NCBI RefSeq assembly: GCF_042660085.1
Contig: NZ_JBHSTI010000003.1
Span: 11,962-43,961 of the forward strand
Direction: 5' to 3'
DNA length: 32,000 nucleotides
Source of the DNA: Longivirga aurantiaca
GTDB lineage: Bacteria > Actinomycetota > Actinomycetes > S36-B12 > CAIYMF01
Shown here: positions 1 through 9,485 of the stretch, piece after piece
Layout of the letters: every line of letters begins with the position of its first letter
Position numbering within the stretch: the stretch's first letter is position 1
Notes under the pieces: generated by a model
What the model saw: only the letters and a program-made list of their open reading frames with translations
The model's database searches: none
What the model was told of the DNA's origin: nothing
Program-made: the position numbers and the translations under genes

Positions 1-1
1 C

Positions 2-1426
2 GGCACGATCATCACGTTCCGCGGTTTCCTCGCGGCGTACGAGGAGTCGGTCGACGACGACCGCGAGAAGGACGACGACGACGCCGAGCGCCGGCTGCCG
101 AACGTCTCGGTCGGCGACACGATCACCGCCGTTCGGCTCGAGGCCGAGGGCCACTCGACCAACCCGCCGCCCCGCTACACCGAGGCGTCGCTGGTCAAGG
201 CGCTCGAGGAGCGCGGCATCGGCCGCCCGTCGACGTACGCCTCGATCCTCGGCACGATCGTCGACCGCGGCTACGTCGTGAAGCGCGGGTCGGCCATGGT
301 GCCGTCGTTCCTCGCGTTCTCGGTCGTGCGCCTCATGGAGGAGCACTTCACCCGGCTCGTCGACTACGACTTCACCGCGCGGCTCGAGGAGGTGCTCGAC
401 ACGGTTGCGTCGGGCGAGACCGACCGCGTGGCCGTGCTCGACCGCTTCTACCGCGGCGACGCCGACTTCGCCGGCCTCCACCCGCTGGTGAACGACCTCG
501 GCGAGATCGACGCGCGCGAGCTGGCGTCGTTCCCGATCGAGGGCTCGGACATCGTGCTGCGCGTCGGGCGCTACGGCCCCTACATCGAGCGCGACGGCGA
601 GCGCGCCAACGTGCCGGCCGAGCTGGCCCCCGACGAGCTCACCGCCGAGAAGGCCGCCGAGCTCATGGCGATGCCCTCGCACGACCGCGAGCTCGGCGTC
701 GACCCGGAGACCGGCCTCACGATCCTCGCCAAGAACGGCCGCTACGGCCCGTACGTGACCGAGGTGCTCGCCGAGGGCGCGCCCAAGTCGGCCAGGCCGC
801 GCACGGGCTCGCTGTTCTCCGACATGTCGCTCGACACGATCACGCTCGAGGACGCGCTGCGCCTGCTGTCGCTCCCGCGCGAGGTCGGCGCCGACCCGGC
901 GGACGGTGTGCTGATCACGGCGCAGAACGGCCGCTACGGCCCGTACATCACCAAGGACAAGGACTCGCGCTCGCTGCCCGACGAGGCGTCGATCTTCACG
1001 ATCGACCTCGACGGTGCGCTCGCGCTGCTCGCCCAGCCCAAGCAGCGTCGCGGCCAGGCCGCGGCAAAGCCCGGCATCGTGGTCGGCATCGACCCGGCGA
1101 CCAACCGCGAGGTCACGCTCAAGGAGGGCCGCTTCGGCCCGTACGTGACCGACGGCGAGACCAACGCCTCGCTGCGACGCGCGGACGACCCGGCCACGAT
1201 CGGCATCGAGCGCGCCGCCGACCTCCTCGCCGAGCGACGCGCCAAGGAGCCGGCGCCGAAGAAGAAGGCTGCGGCCAAGAAGACCGCCAAGAAGGCCCCG
1301 GCGAAGAAGGCGGCTGCGAAGAAGACCACCGCCAAGAAGACGGCTGCTGCGAAGAAGATCGCAGCCACCGCCGACCCTCAGCCCCCCACCGGCGGCGGCA
1401 CCACCACCACCCTCACCGTCGACTGA
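2..1426 (+). CDS. topA: DNA topoisomerase I, C-terminal part (5' end outside window)
   Basis: Frame 2 is open from the window edge (GTIITFRGFLAAYEES...RYTEASLVKALEERGIGRPSTYASILGTIVDRGYV), followed by repeated GRYGPYV/T Topo_C repeats and a Lys/Ala-rich tail (KKAAAKKTAKKAPAKKAAAKKTTAKK). Confidence 0.97.
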   Translation, partial: GTIITFRGFLAAYEESVDDDREKDDDDAERRLPNVSVGDTITAVRLEAEGHSTNPPPRYTEASLVKALEERGIGRPSTYASILGTIVDRGYVVKRGSAMVPSFLAFSVVRLMEEHFTRLVDYDFTARLEEVLDTVASGETDRVAVLDRFYRGDADFAGLHPLVNDLGEIDARELASFPIEGSDIVLRVGRYGPYIERDGERANVPAELAPDELTAEKAAELMAMPSHDRELGVDPETGLTILAKNGRYGPYVTEVLAEGAPKSARPRTGSLFSDMSLDTITLEDALRLLSLPREVGADPADGVLITAQNGRYGPYITKDKDSRSLPDEASIFTIDLDGALALLAQPKQRRGQAAAKPGIVVGIDPATNREVTLKEGRFGPYVTDGETNASLRRADDPATIGIERAADLLAERRAKEPAPKKKAAAKKTAKKAPAKKAAAKKTTAKKTAAAKKIAATADPQPPTGGGTTTTLTVD

Positions 1427-1446
1427 CCCCCCGCCACCTGCCCTTG

Positions 1447-1527
1447 TCGACCCTGAGGGTCGATCACGGCAGTTGAACCGCAGTTCTCGACCCCTAGGGT
1501 CGATCTAGGCAGTTCGACTGCACGTTC
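1447..1527. repeat. Two tandem ~40-bp units of an intergenic repeat, related to an inverted copy at 4085-4120
   Basis: TCGACCCTGAGGGTCGATCACGGCAGTTGAACCGCAGTTC (1447-1486) followed by TCGACCCCTAGGGTCGATCTAGGCAGTTCGACTGCACGTTC (1487-1527). Confidence 0.8.
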
Positions 1528-1685
1528 TGACCCGTCCTCGTGATCTGGGTACGCCTGCAGCACCCGTGACTCCGCTCACCCGGAGGCCGTCCGCGCGTGC
1601 TCAGCGCCGCACGCCAGCACCGGTCGAGGCGGATCCGGCGTCCGGCAGCGACCCACGGACGTCCGGATCGTGCGAGGCTCACCCG

Positions 1686-2501
1686 ATGACGAGACGGATC
1701 GAGGTCGGCTGCGACTTCATCTACGACTCCGCCGTCGCCACACCCACGATCTTCCAGGTACAGCCGTCGCCCTCGCCGGTCGTGACGCACGTGGTCGAGT
1801 CGTGGACGGCGCAGCCCACCATGGACCTCCGGTCGTACGTCGACGTCTACGGCAACCGGTGCACGCGCGTGGTGCTCCCCGCCGGCCGCTCGAGCTTCCG
1901 GTACGCCGCGGAGGTCGAGGTGCCCGACACGACCGAGGACTTCGACCTCTACGCGCCCGAGGTCGCACCGGACGACCTGCCGGACGACGTCCTCGTCTAT
2001 ACGCTCCCCAGCCGCTACTGCCTCCCCGACGTGCTCGCCAACGAGGCGTGGACGCTCTTCGGCGACGTCGCCCCCGGCTACGGCCGCGTGCAGGCGATCT
2101 GCGACCACGTCAACCAGCACCTCACCTTCCAGTACGGCAGCTCCACCGCATGGTCGACCGCGGCCGACGTCAACAGCACGCGCCTCGGCGTCTGCCGCGA
2201 CTACACGCACCTCGCGATCTCGTTCTGCCGCGCCCTCAACATCCCCGCGCGGTACGTCTTCGGCTACCTGCCGGACATCGACGTCGCGGTCGAGCAGGTC
2301 GAGATGGACTTCGCCGCGTGGATGCAGGTGTGGCTCGGCGACCGCTGGTGGACGTTCGACCCGCGCAACAACGTGCGGCGCAAGGGCCGCGTGCTCATCG
2401 GCGTCGGGCGTGACGCGGCGGACGTCGCGATGGCCACGACCTTCGGCGGCCCCATCCTCGCCTCGATGCACGTGACCGCCCGCGATATCCCGCAGCAGTA
2501 G
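1686..2501 (+). CDS. Transglutaminase-like family protein
   Basis: ORF with MTRRIEVGCDFIYDS...; motifs LGVCRDYTHLAISFCRALNIPARYVFGY and WMQVWLGDRWWTFDPRN match the Cys/His/Asp transglutaminase core. Start chosen at ATG 1686 inside the longer ORF 1566-2501. Confidence 0.85.
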   Translation: MTRRIEVGCDFIYDSAVATPTIFQVQPSPSPVVTHVVESWTAQPTMDLRSYVDVYGNRCTRVVLPAGRSSFRYAAEVEVPDTTEDFDLYAPEVAPDDLPDDVLVYTLPSRYCLPDVLANEAWTLFGDVAPGYGRVQAICDHVNQHLTFQYGSSTAWSTAADVNSTRLGVCRDYTHLAISFCRALNIPARYVFGYLPDIDVAVEQVEMDFAAWMQVWLGDRWWTFDPRNNVRRKGRVLIGVGRDAADVAMATTFGGPILASMHVTARDIPQQ

Positions 2502-2513
2502 AGGAATCGGCTG

Positions 2514-3233
2514 CTAGGCAGACGGCACGAAGGCGACGTACACCGAGTTGGTCGCCGCACGCTCCTGCAGCGGGTTGGGGAACTCGACGACGTCGCAGCG
2601 CACGTCGACGAACGCCGTGCGCAGCACCGCGAGGTAGTCGTCGTCGGGCGGGTCGTTCGACCACAGCGTGAAGACGCCGCCGGGCCGCAGCCGCGACGCC
2701 AGCACCCGCACGCCGTCCGCCGTGTAGAACGGCGCGTGGCTCGGGTGCAGCAGGTGCCGCGGCGAGTGGTCGATGTCGACGACGATCGCGTCGTACCGGC
2801 GTACGGGGTCCCCGGCGGAGTAGCCGCCGGATGCCGTGAGCGCGAAGAAGTCGCCGTGCAGCAGGGTGCAGCGCGGGTCGGACGCCGCGGACACGCTCAC
2901 CGGCACGAGCCCGCGCTGGTGCCAGTCGATCACCGGCGCGAGCGCGTCGACCACGACCAGTGACGCCACGCGCGGGTCGTCGAGCACTGTCTGCGCGGTG
3001 TAGCCGAGGCCGAGGCCGCCCACCACCACGTCGAGCGGCCGGTCGGGCGCCGCCGCGAGGGCGAGGCGAGCCACCTCGACCTCGGCGACGGTGAACACGC
3101 TCGACATGAGGTACTCGTCGCCGAGCTTCACCTCGTAGATGTCGTCGCCGCCGGACGGGTTGATGCGCCGCCACAGGCTGATGTCGCCCATCGGCGTGGG
3201 CACCAGGTCGAGCACCTCGAACCGAGCCGCCAC
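2514..3233 (-). CDS. Spermidine synthase-like / SAM-dependent methyltransferase-fold protein
   Basis: PTPMGDISLWRR...DIYEVKLGDEYLMSSVFTVAEVEVARLAL...VVVGGLGLGYTAQTVL; GTG start at 3233 inferred from typical family N-terminus. Confidence 0.8.
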   Translation of the reverse strand: MAARFEVLDLVPTPMGDISLWRRINPSGGDDIYEVKLGDEYLMSSVFTVAEVEVARLALAAAPDRPLDVVVGGLGLGYTAQTVLDDPRVASLVVVDALAPVIDWHQRGLVPVSVSAASDPRCTLLHGDFFALTASGGYSAGDPVRRYDAIVVDIDHSPRHLLHPSHAPFYTADGVRVLASRLRPGGVFTLWSNDPPDDDYLAVLRTAFVDVRCDVVEFPNPLQERAATNSVYVAFVPSA

Positions 3234-3465
3234 CGCTCTGCACCCGCCTGCTGGTCGTGCCCTGCCCGCTGCAGCGATCCGCCAGGACGTCCCGGCGCTG
3301 CCACGAGTCAACCGCACCCACGCCCTATCCACGAGTAGCCGCCCGAGTCCTCGGTCCTGGGGCGCCACACCGAGGACTGCGGCGGTTGCTCGGGGGCTCT
3401 CGCGGGGAACAATGCGCGCACGCCCGTGCGTTGACCAGGGTCCGCCGACGAAAGGACCGCAGCCC

Positions 3466-4053
3466 GTGCCGGCAGCCACCACCACAGCGCCCACCTTCGA
3501 CGAGCAGGCAGCCCTCCTGCGCAGCGTCGGCGTGGGCGCCGACCTCGAGGCCCTCCGTCCGTACGCCGACAACGCAGCGGCGACCGACCCCACCCACCTG
3601 CCGTTCGTCCTGGTCGCCGGCGGCCTCGACCTCGACGCCGCGATGGCTCACGTGATCGCGAAGGGCAAGCCCGGGCGGGTCGACATGACCCCGCTGCGGC
3701 CGCACGACTTCGCGCCGATCGAGGGCACCGAGCCGCCTGCCTCGCCGTACCTCCTGCTCGACGTCGATCTCGGTGCGCGGTTCCGCAACGCGACGCCGGA
3801 GGCCGCGCTGATCGCGCTGCGTGCGGAGGGCCGTACCCCGCTGACGATCGACGAGGGAGTGAGCATGCTGCTGCAGGTGCCCGATGCGCTGCACGCGCGC
3901 ACGGCGTACAGCCTGCTCGCGAGCCGCCGGGCCGACCAGCGGGTGCCCGCGCTCTGGATGTCGTACGGCGCCCCCCGGCTCGGCTGGTGCTGGGACCGCA
4001 ACCCCCACACCTGGCTCGGCTCCGCGTCTGCCGCCGCCCGCATCACCGTCTGA
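3466..4053 (+). CDS. Conserved hypothetical protein (DUF5701-like)
   Basis: ORF 3139-4053; probable GTG start at 3466 (VPAATTTAPTFDEQAALL...) preceded by GAAAGG. Reads ...PLTIDEGVSMLLQVPDALHARTAYSLLASRRADQRVPALWMSYGAPRLGWCWDRNPHTWLGSASAA. Confidence 0.7.
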   Translation: MPAATTTAPTFDEQAALLRSVGVGADLEALRPYADNAAATDPTHLPFVLVAGGLDLDAAMAHVIAKGKPGRVDMTPLRPHDFAPIEGTEPPASPYLLLDVDLGARFRNATPEAALIALRAEGRTPLTIDEGVSMLLQVPDALHARTAYSLLASRRADQRVPALWMSYGAPRLGWCWDRNPHTWLGSASAAARITV

Positions 4054-4084
4054 CACGGCACCAAGATCGCGAGTGGGGGTCGAG

Positions 4085-4120
4085 GAGTGCAGTTCAACTG
4101 CCGTGATCGACCCTAGGGGT
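4085..4120 (-). repeat. Inverted copy of the intergenic repeat found at 1447-1527
   Basis: Reverse complement contains AGGGTCGATCACGGCAGTTGAACTGCA, matching AGGGTCGATCACGGCAGTTGAACCGCA (1456-1482) with one mismatch. Confidence 0.8.
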
Positions 4121-4219
4121 GCAGAAGTGCAGCGAGGGCGGCGTGGGAGGCCGTCGTACGCCGGCCCAGCCGCCCGAGGTGCGCGGCGTTGTGTCGCTGC
4201 GGGGTCGTAGGGTGCCGGG

Positions 4220-4945
4220 GTGAGCACCGAGCCCCCCACGAGCGCCGCGCCCACCGCTGGCGCGCTGCCGGGGCTGTTCGTGGCGTTCGAGGGTGGCGAC
4301 GGCGCGGGCAAGTCGACCCAGGCGCGCGCGCTCGCCGCAGCGCTGGAAGGCGCGGGCCGCGAGGTGGTGCTCACCCGCGAGCCGGGCGGCACCCCCGCCG
4401 CCGAGGCGATCCGCGACGTCGTGCTCACGCCCCAGTACGCCGGCCTCGACGCCCGGGCCGAGGCGCTGCTGTTCGCGGCCTCGCGCGGCGAGCACGTCGC
4501 GCGCCTGGTGCGCCCCGCCCTCGAGCGCGGCGCCGTCGTCATCACCGACCGCTACCTCGACTCCTCGATCGCCTACCAGGGGATCGCCCGCGGCCTCGGC
4601 CTCGAGGTCGTGGAGCAGCTCAACCTCTGGGCCACGCGCGATCTCCTGCCCCACCTCACCGTGCTGCTCGACGTCGAGGCCGGCACGGGCCTCGACCGCG
4701 TCACCGACCCCAACCGGCTCGAGGACGAGCCGACGTCGTTCCACGCCGTCGTCGTCCAGGCGTTCCGCGACCTGGCCGCCCGTGAGCCCGGGCGCTACCT
4801 CGTGATCCCTGCGTCGGGAAGCCGCGAGGAGATCGCCGCCACCGTGCTCGCCCGAGTGCAGACCCTCCTCGCTGACACTGATCAATCCGTCGCTTCCGGG
4901 GCTGGGAAGCAGCGGATTGACCAGTCTGAGCAGGGGGTGTCATGA
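4220..4945 (+). CDS. tmk: Thymidylate kinase
   Basis: FVAFEGGDGAGKSTQ P-loop, LTREPGGTPAAEAIR, ITDRYLDSSIAYQGIARGLG; followed by holB with ATGA overlap. Confidence 0.95.
   Translation: MSTEPPTSAAPTAGALPGLFVAFEGGDGAGKSTQARALAAALEGAGREVVLTREPGGTPAAEAIRDVVLTPQYAGLDARAEALLFAASRGEHVARLVRPALERGAVVITDRYLDSSIAYQGIARGLGLEVVEQLNLWATRDLLPHLTVLLDVEAGTGLDRVTDPNRLEDEPTSFHAVVVQAFRDLAAREPGRYLVIPASGSREEIAATVLARVQTLLADTDQSVASGAGKQRIDQSEQGVS
4877..4925. repeat. Imperfect 49-bp inverted repeat within tmk 3' coding end
   Basis: Arms 4877-4897 ACTGATCAATCCGTCGCTTCC and 4905-4925 GGAAGCAGCGGATTGACCAGT pair at 18 of 21 positions, with 7-nt loop GGGGCTG. Confidence 0.85.
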
Positions 4946-6126
4946 GCGACGTCTTCAGCGGGCTCGTCGGGCAGGACAACGCCGTCGCGCTGCTGCGCGC
5001 CGCGGCCGCCGACGCCCCTGCAGCCCGCGCCGGGCAGCACTCCACCGCGATGACGCACGCCTGGCTCATCACCGGCCCTCCCGGGTCGGGCCGCAGCACA
5101 GCCGCGCTCGCCTTCGCCGCGGCGCTCGTCTGCCCGCAGGGCGGCTGCGGCACCTGCCAGGAGTGCACGTCGGTGCGGCACTCCGCGCATGTCGACGTCG
5201 AGCACGTCGTGCCCGAGTCGGTCACCTACGCCGTCGACGAGACGCGCGAGCTCGTACGCCGGTCGAGCATCTCGCCGTCGCGCGCGCCCTGGCACGTGTT
5301 CGTGCTCGAGGACGCCGACCGCCTCAACCCCGAGAGCGCCAACACTCTGCTCAAGTCGATCGAGGAGCCCACGCCGGGCACTGTGTGGATCCTCTGCGCG
5401 CCGAGCACCGAGGACGTGCTCCCCACGATCCGCTCGCGCTGCCGCCACCTCATGCTCGCCACCCCCACCACCGCCGAGGTGGCCGATGCGCTGCAGCGGG
5501 TGCTCGGGGTCGATCCCGCGATGGCGTCGTTCGCCGCCCGCGCCGCGCAGGGCCACATCGGCCGCGCCCGCGCGCTCGCCACCGACGAGAGCGCGCGCCT
5601 GCGCCGGCAGGACGTCCTGCGCATCCCGAGCCAGCTGCGCGACCTCGGCTCGTGCCTCGCGCTCGCCGCCGACCTCGTGGCCACCGTCACCGAGGACGCC
5701 GCCTCGATCTGCGACCCGCTCGACTCCGACGAGATGTCGGCGCTGCGGGCGGCGTACGGCGAGGGCTCGGAAGGACGCGGCATCGGCACCGTCGAGCGCC
5801 GCGCGAAGGGCGCGCTGAAGGCGTTGGAGGACAGGCAGAAGCGGCGCCGGCGCCGGGTCGTGCGCGACCAGCTCGACCGCGCGATCGTCGACCTCATCGC
5901 GTTCTACCGCGACGTGCTCGTCGTGCAGCTCGGGGCGGCGTCGCCGCTCGTGAACGACGAGATGCGCCCGCAGATCGAGCGCCTCGCGGCCGAGTCGTCG
6001 CCCGAGGACACGCTGCACCGCGTCGACGCGCTCGAGCGCACCCGCAACCTGCTCGAGGCCAACGTCGCGCCGCTGCTCGCCTTCGAGTCGCTCACCGTGA
6101 GCCTGCGCGACCCCTCGCTCGTCTGA
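4942..6126 (+). CDS. holB: DNA polymerase III subunit delta'
   Basis: MSDVFSGLVGQDNAVALLRAAA...HAWLITGPPGSGRSTAALAFAAALVCPQGGCGTCQEC...VLEDADRLNPESANTLLKSIEEP. Confidence 0.93.
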   Translation: MSDVFSGLVGQDNAVALLRAAAADAPAARAGQHSTAMTHAWLITGPPGSGRSTAALAFAAALVCPQGGCGTCQECTSVRHSAHVDVEHVVPESVTYAVDETRELVRRSSISPSRAPWHVFVLEDADRLNPESANTLLKSIEEPTPGTVWILCAPSTEDVLPTIRSRCRHLMLATPTTAEVADALQRVLGVDPAMASFAARAAQGHIGRARALATDESARLRRQDVLRIPSQLRDLGSCLALAADLVATVTEDAASICDPLDSDEMSALRAAYGEGSEGRGIGTVERRAKGALKALEDRQKRRRRRVVRDQLDRAIVDLIAFYRDVLVVQLGAASPLVNDEMRPQIERLAAESSPEDTLHRVDALERTRNLLEANVAPLLAFESLTVSLRDPSLV

Positions 6127-6145
6127 GACCGAGCCTGGTACCTCG

Positions 6146-9100
6146 TCAGACGGTGCGGCGGAACTGCCCGCCGACGTCGAACAGCGCCTGCGTGATCTGC
6201 CCGAGCGAGCACACGCGCACGGCCGACAGCAGGGCCTCGAACAGGTTGCCGCCCGAGACCGCGGCGTCCTGCAGCGCGGCGAGCGCCTCGGGTGCCTCCG
6301 CCTGGTGCCGCTCCTGGAACGCGCGCAGCCGGTCGAGCTGCGACTGCTTCTCGTGCTCGGTCGCACGGGCGAGCTCGAGTCCGTGCGCGGTCTCGCAGTC
6401 GGAGGACGACGCGGGCGCGAGGAACGTGTTGACGCCGATGATCGGCAGCGAGCCGTCGTGCTTGCGGTGCTCGTAGAGCATCGACTCGTCCTGGATCCTG
6501 CCGCGCTGGTAGCCGGTCTCCATCGCGCCGAGCACACCGCCGCGGTCGGAGATGCGCTCGAACTCGGCGAGCACGGCCTCCTCGACGAGGTCGGTGAGCT
6601 GCTCGACGACGTACGAGCCCTGGAGCGGGTTCTCGTTCATCGACAGGCCCCACTCCTTGTCGATGATCATCTGGATGGCGAGCGCGCGGCGCACCGACGA
6701 CTCGCTCGGCGTGGTGACCGCCTCGTCGTACGCGTTGGTGTGCAACGAGTTCGCGTTGTCGTAGAGGGCGCAGAGCGCCTGCAGCGTGGTGCGGATGTCG
6801 TTGAAGTCCATCTCCTGCGCGTGCAGCGAGCGGCCGCTGGTCTGCACGTGGTACTTCAGCTTCTGCGCGCGCTCGTCCGCGCCGTACTTCTCCTTCATCG
6901 CCACGGCCCAGATGCGGCGCGCGACGCGGCCGATCACGGTGTACTCGGCGTCCATGCCGTTGCTGAAGAAGAACGACAGGTTGGGCGCGAAGTCATTCAC
7001 GTCCATGCCGCGCGCGAGGTACGACTCGACGTAGGTGAACCCGTTCGACAGCGTGAACGCGAGCTGGCTGATGGGGTTCGCCCCGGCCTCGGCGATGTGG
7101 TAGCCGCTGATCGAGACCGAGTAGAAGTTGCGGACGTCGTGCTCGATGAACCACTGCTGGATGTCGGCCATCGCGCGCAGCGAGAACTCGGTCGAGAAGA
7201 TGCAGGTGTTCTGGCCCTGGTCCTCCTTGAGGATGTCGGCCTGCACCGTGCCGCGGACGGTCGACACCGTGCGGGCGCGGATCGCGTCGAGCTCGCCGGC
7301 GTCGGGCTCACGGCCCTCGTCGGTGCGGAAGCGCTCGACCTGCTGGTCGATCGCGGCGTTGAAGTACATCGCCAGGATCGTGGGCGCCGGGCCGTTGATG
7401 GTCATCGAGACCGACGTGGTCGGCGAGCAGAGGTCGAACCCTGCGTACAGGTCCTTCATGTCGTCGAGCGTCGCGATCGAGACGCCGGACGTGCCCACCT
7501 TGCCGTAGACGTCGGGCTGCGGCGCGGGGTCGCGGCCGTAGAGCGTGACGGAGTCGAACGCCGTCGACAGGCGCGTGGCCGGCTGACCCTGCGAGAGCAG
7601 GTGGAAGCGCCGGTTGGTGCGTGCGGGGTCGCCCTCGCCGGCGAACATCCGCGCGGGCGCCTCGCCCTCGCGCTTGAACGGGAAGACGCCGGCGGTGAAG
7701 GGGTAGGAGCCGGGCAGGTTCTCCGCGCGAAGGAACCGGAGCAGCGAGCCGTGGTCGTCGTCCGGGGGGAGTGCCACGCGCGGCACGTGGCTGCCCGAGA
7801 GCGTCTCGCGCGTGAGCGGCGTCGTGATCTCCTTGCCGCGCACGACGTACACCTGGTGGTCGCCGGTGTACGACGCCCTCACGGCCGGCCAGCCGTCGAG
7901 CAGCTCTCGGACCGAGGCGGGCATCGACTCGTGGGCAGCGCCGAGCAGACGACTGACGGCAGCGGCTGCGGAGGACTCGCCCTCGGCGGCGAGCAGGTCG
8001 AGCGTGGCCGAGAGCTGCTGCGCCTGGCGGGCGAGGGCTGCGAGCCGCTGGGTCTCCGCGTGGTAGCCGCGGACGGTGCTGGCGATCTCGGCCAGGTAGT
8101 GCTCGCGGCCGCGGGGGAGCACACGGGCGATGTGGGTGGAGAAGCGCGTGGTCACCGGCGCGAGCGTGCCGTCGAACTCGCGCAGGCCCTTCGCGGTGAG
8201 CAGGCTCTTGAGCTCCTGGTAGAGCGCGGTCACGCCGTCGTCGTCGAAACGCGCTGCGCTCGTGCCGAAGACGGGCATGTCCTCCCACGGCGTGCCGAAC
8301 GCCTCGCGGTTGCGCACCATCTGGCGCGCGACGTCGCGACGCGCGTCCTCGGCGCCGCGGCGCTCGAACTTGTTGACCGCGACGACGTCGGCGAAGTCGA
8401 GCATGTCGATCTTCTCGAGCTGCGAGGCGGCGCCGTACTCCGGCGTCATGACGTAGAGGCTCACGTCGGCGTGCGACGAGATGGCGACGTCGCCCTGGCC
8501 GATTCCGGGCGTCTCGACGATCACGAGGTCGTAGCCGGCGGCGCGGCAGGCGGCGACGGCGTCGTCGAGCGACGGCGGGACGACGGTGTTGGCGTCGCGC
8601 GTGGCGAACGAGCGGAAGAAGACGACGTCGGGATCGATCGAGTTCATGCGGATGCGGTCGCCGAGCAGGGCGCCGCCGCCGCGGCGGCGCGTGGGGTCGA
8701 CGGCGAGGACGGCGATACGGAGCTTGTCCTGGCTGTCGCGGCGCAGCCGGCGTACGAGCTCGTCGGTGAGCGACGACTTGCCCGAGCCGCCTGTGCCGGT
8801 GATGCCGAGCACGGGCGCGGGGTGAACCGCGGTGGCGGTGCGCAGCTCGGCCGCGAGCTCGGGCCGGCGTCCGGACTCGAGCACGGTGAGCGCGCGCGCG
8901 AGCGCAGTGACGTCGCCCGTGCGGAGCGCGGTGACGTCGACCTCGCCGCCTGCGAGATCGACGTCGCAGGTGCGGATGAGCTCGTTGATCATTCCGGGCA
9001 GTCCGAGGCGCTGGCCGTCGGCGGGGGAGAAGATGCGCACGCCGACGGCGGCGAGCGCGTCGATCTCCTCGGGCACGATCACGCCGCCACCACCGCCGAA

Positions 9101-9391
9101 CACGCGCACGTGGCCGGCGCCGCGCTCGCGCAGCCGCTCGACGAGGTAGGTGAAGTACTCGACGTGCCCGCCCTGGTACGACGAGACCGCGATCCCCTGG
9201 ACGTCCTCCTGCACCGCGGCGGTGACGACGTCCTCGACGCTGCGGTCGTGGCCGAGGTGCACGACCTCGGCGCCCTGGGCCTGCAGCAGCCGCCGCATGA
9301 TGTTGATGGCGGCGTCGTGCCCGTCGAACAGGCTCGCGGCCGTGACGAAGCGGACGGGGTTCACGGGTGCGTGCAGGGCGGCCGGGTCCAC
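6146..9391 (-). CDS. icmF: Fused isobutyryl-CoA-mutase-type B12-dependent mutase (B12-binding domain + MeaB-like GTPase + mutase domain)
   Basis: N-terminal B12-binding region ([25 protein letters not shown]...), G-protein P-loop [20 protein letters not shown], C-terminal mutase domain ([47 protein letters not shown]). Confidence 0.95.
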   Translation of the reverse strand: [1081 protein letters not shown]

Positions 9392-9429
9392 GGCTCCTCC
9401 TCGGGTCGGCCCGGGATCGCCGGGTGGGA

Positions 9430-9453
9430 AAATAGTAGGACGTCCGACTATTT
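9430..9453. promoter_or_regulatory. Candidate MarR-family operator between icmF and marR-like gene
   Basis: AAATAGTAGGACGTCCGACTATTT: 11 of 12 arm positions complementary, centred between divergent genes starting at 9391 (-) and 9486 (+). Confidence 0.75.
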
Positions 9454-9485
9454 GAAGGCAATGGGCCAGCGGCTACGATCGGACG

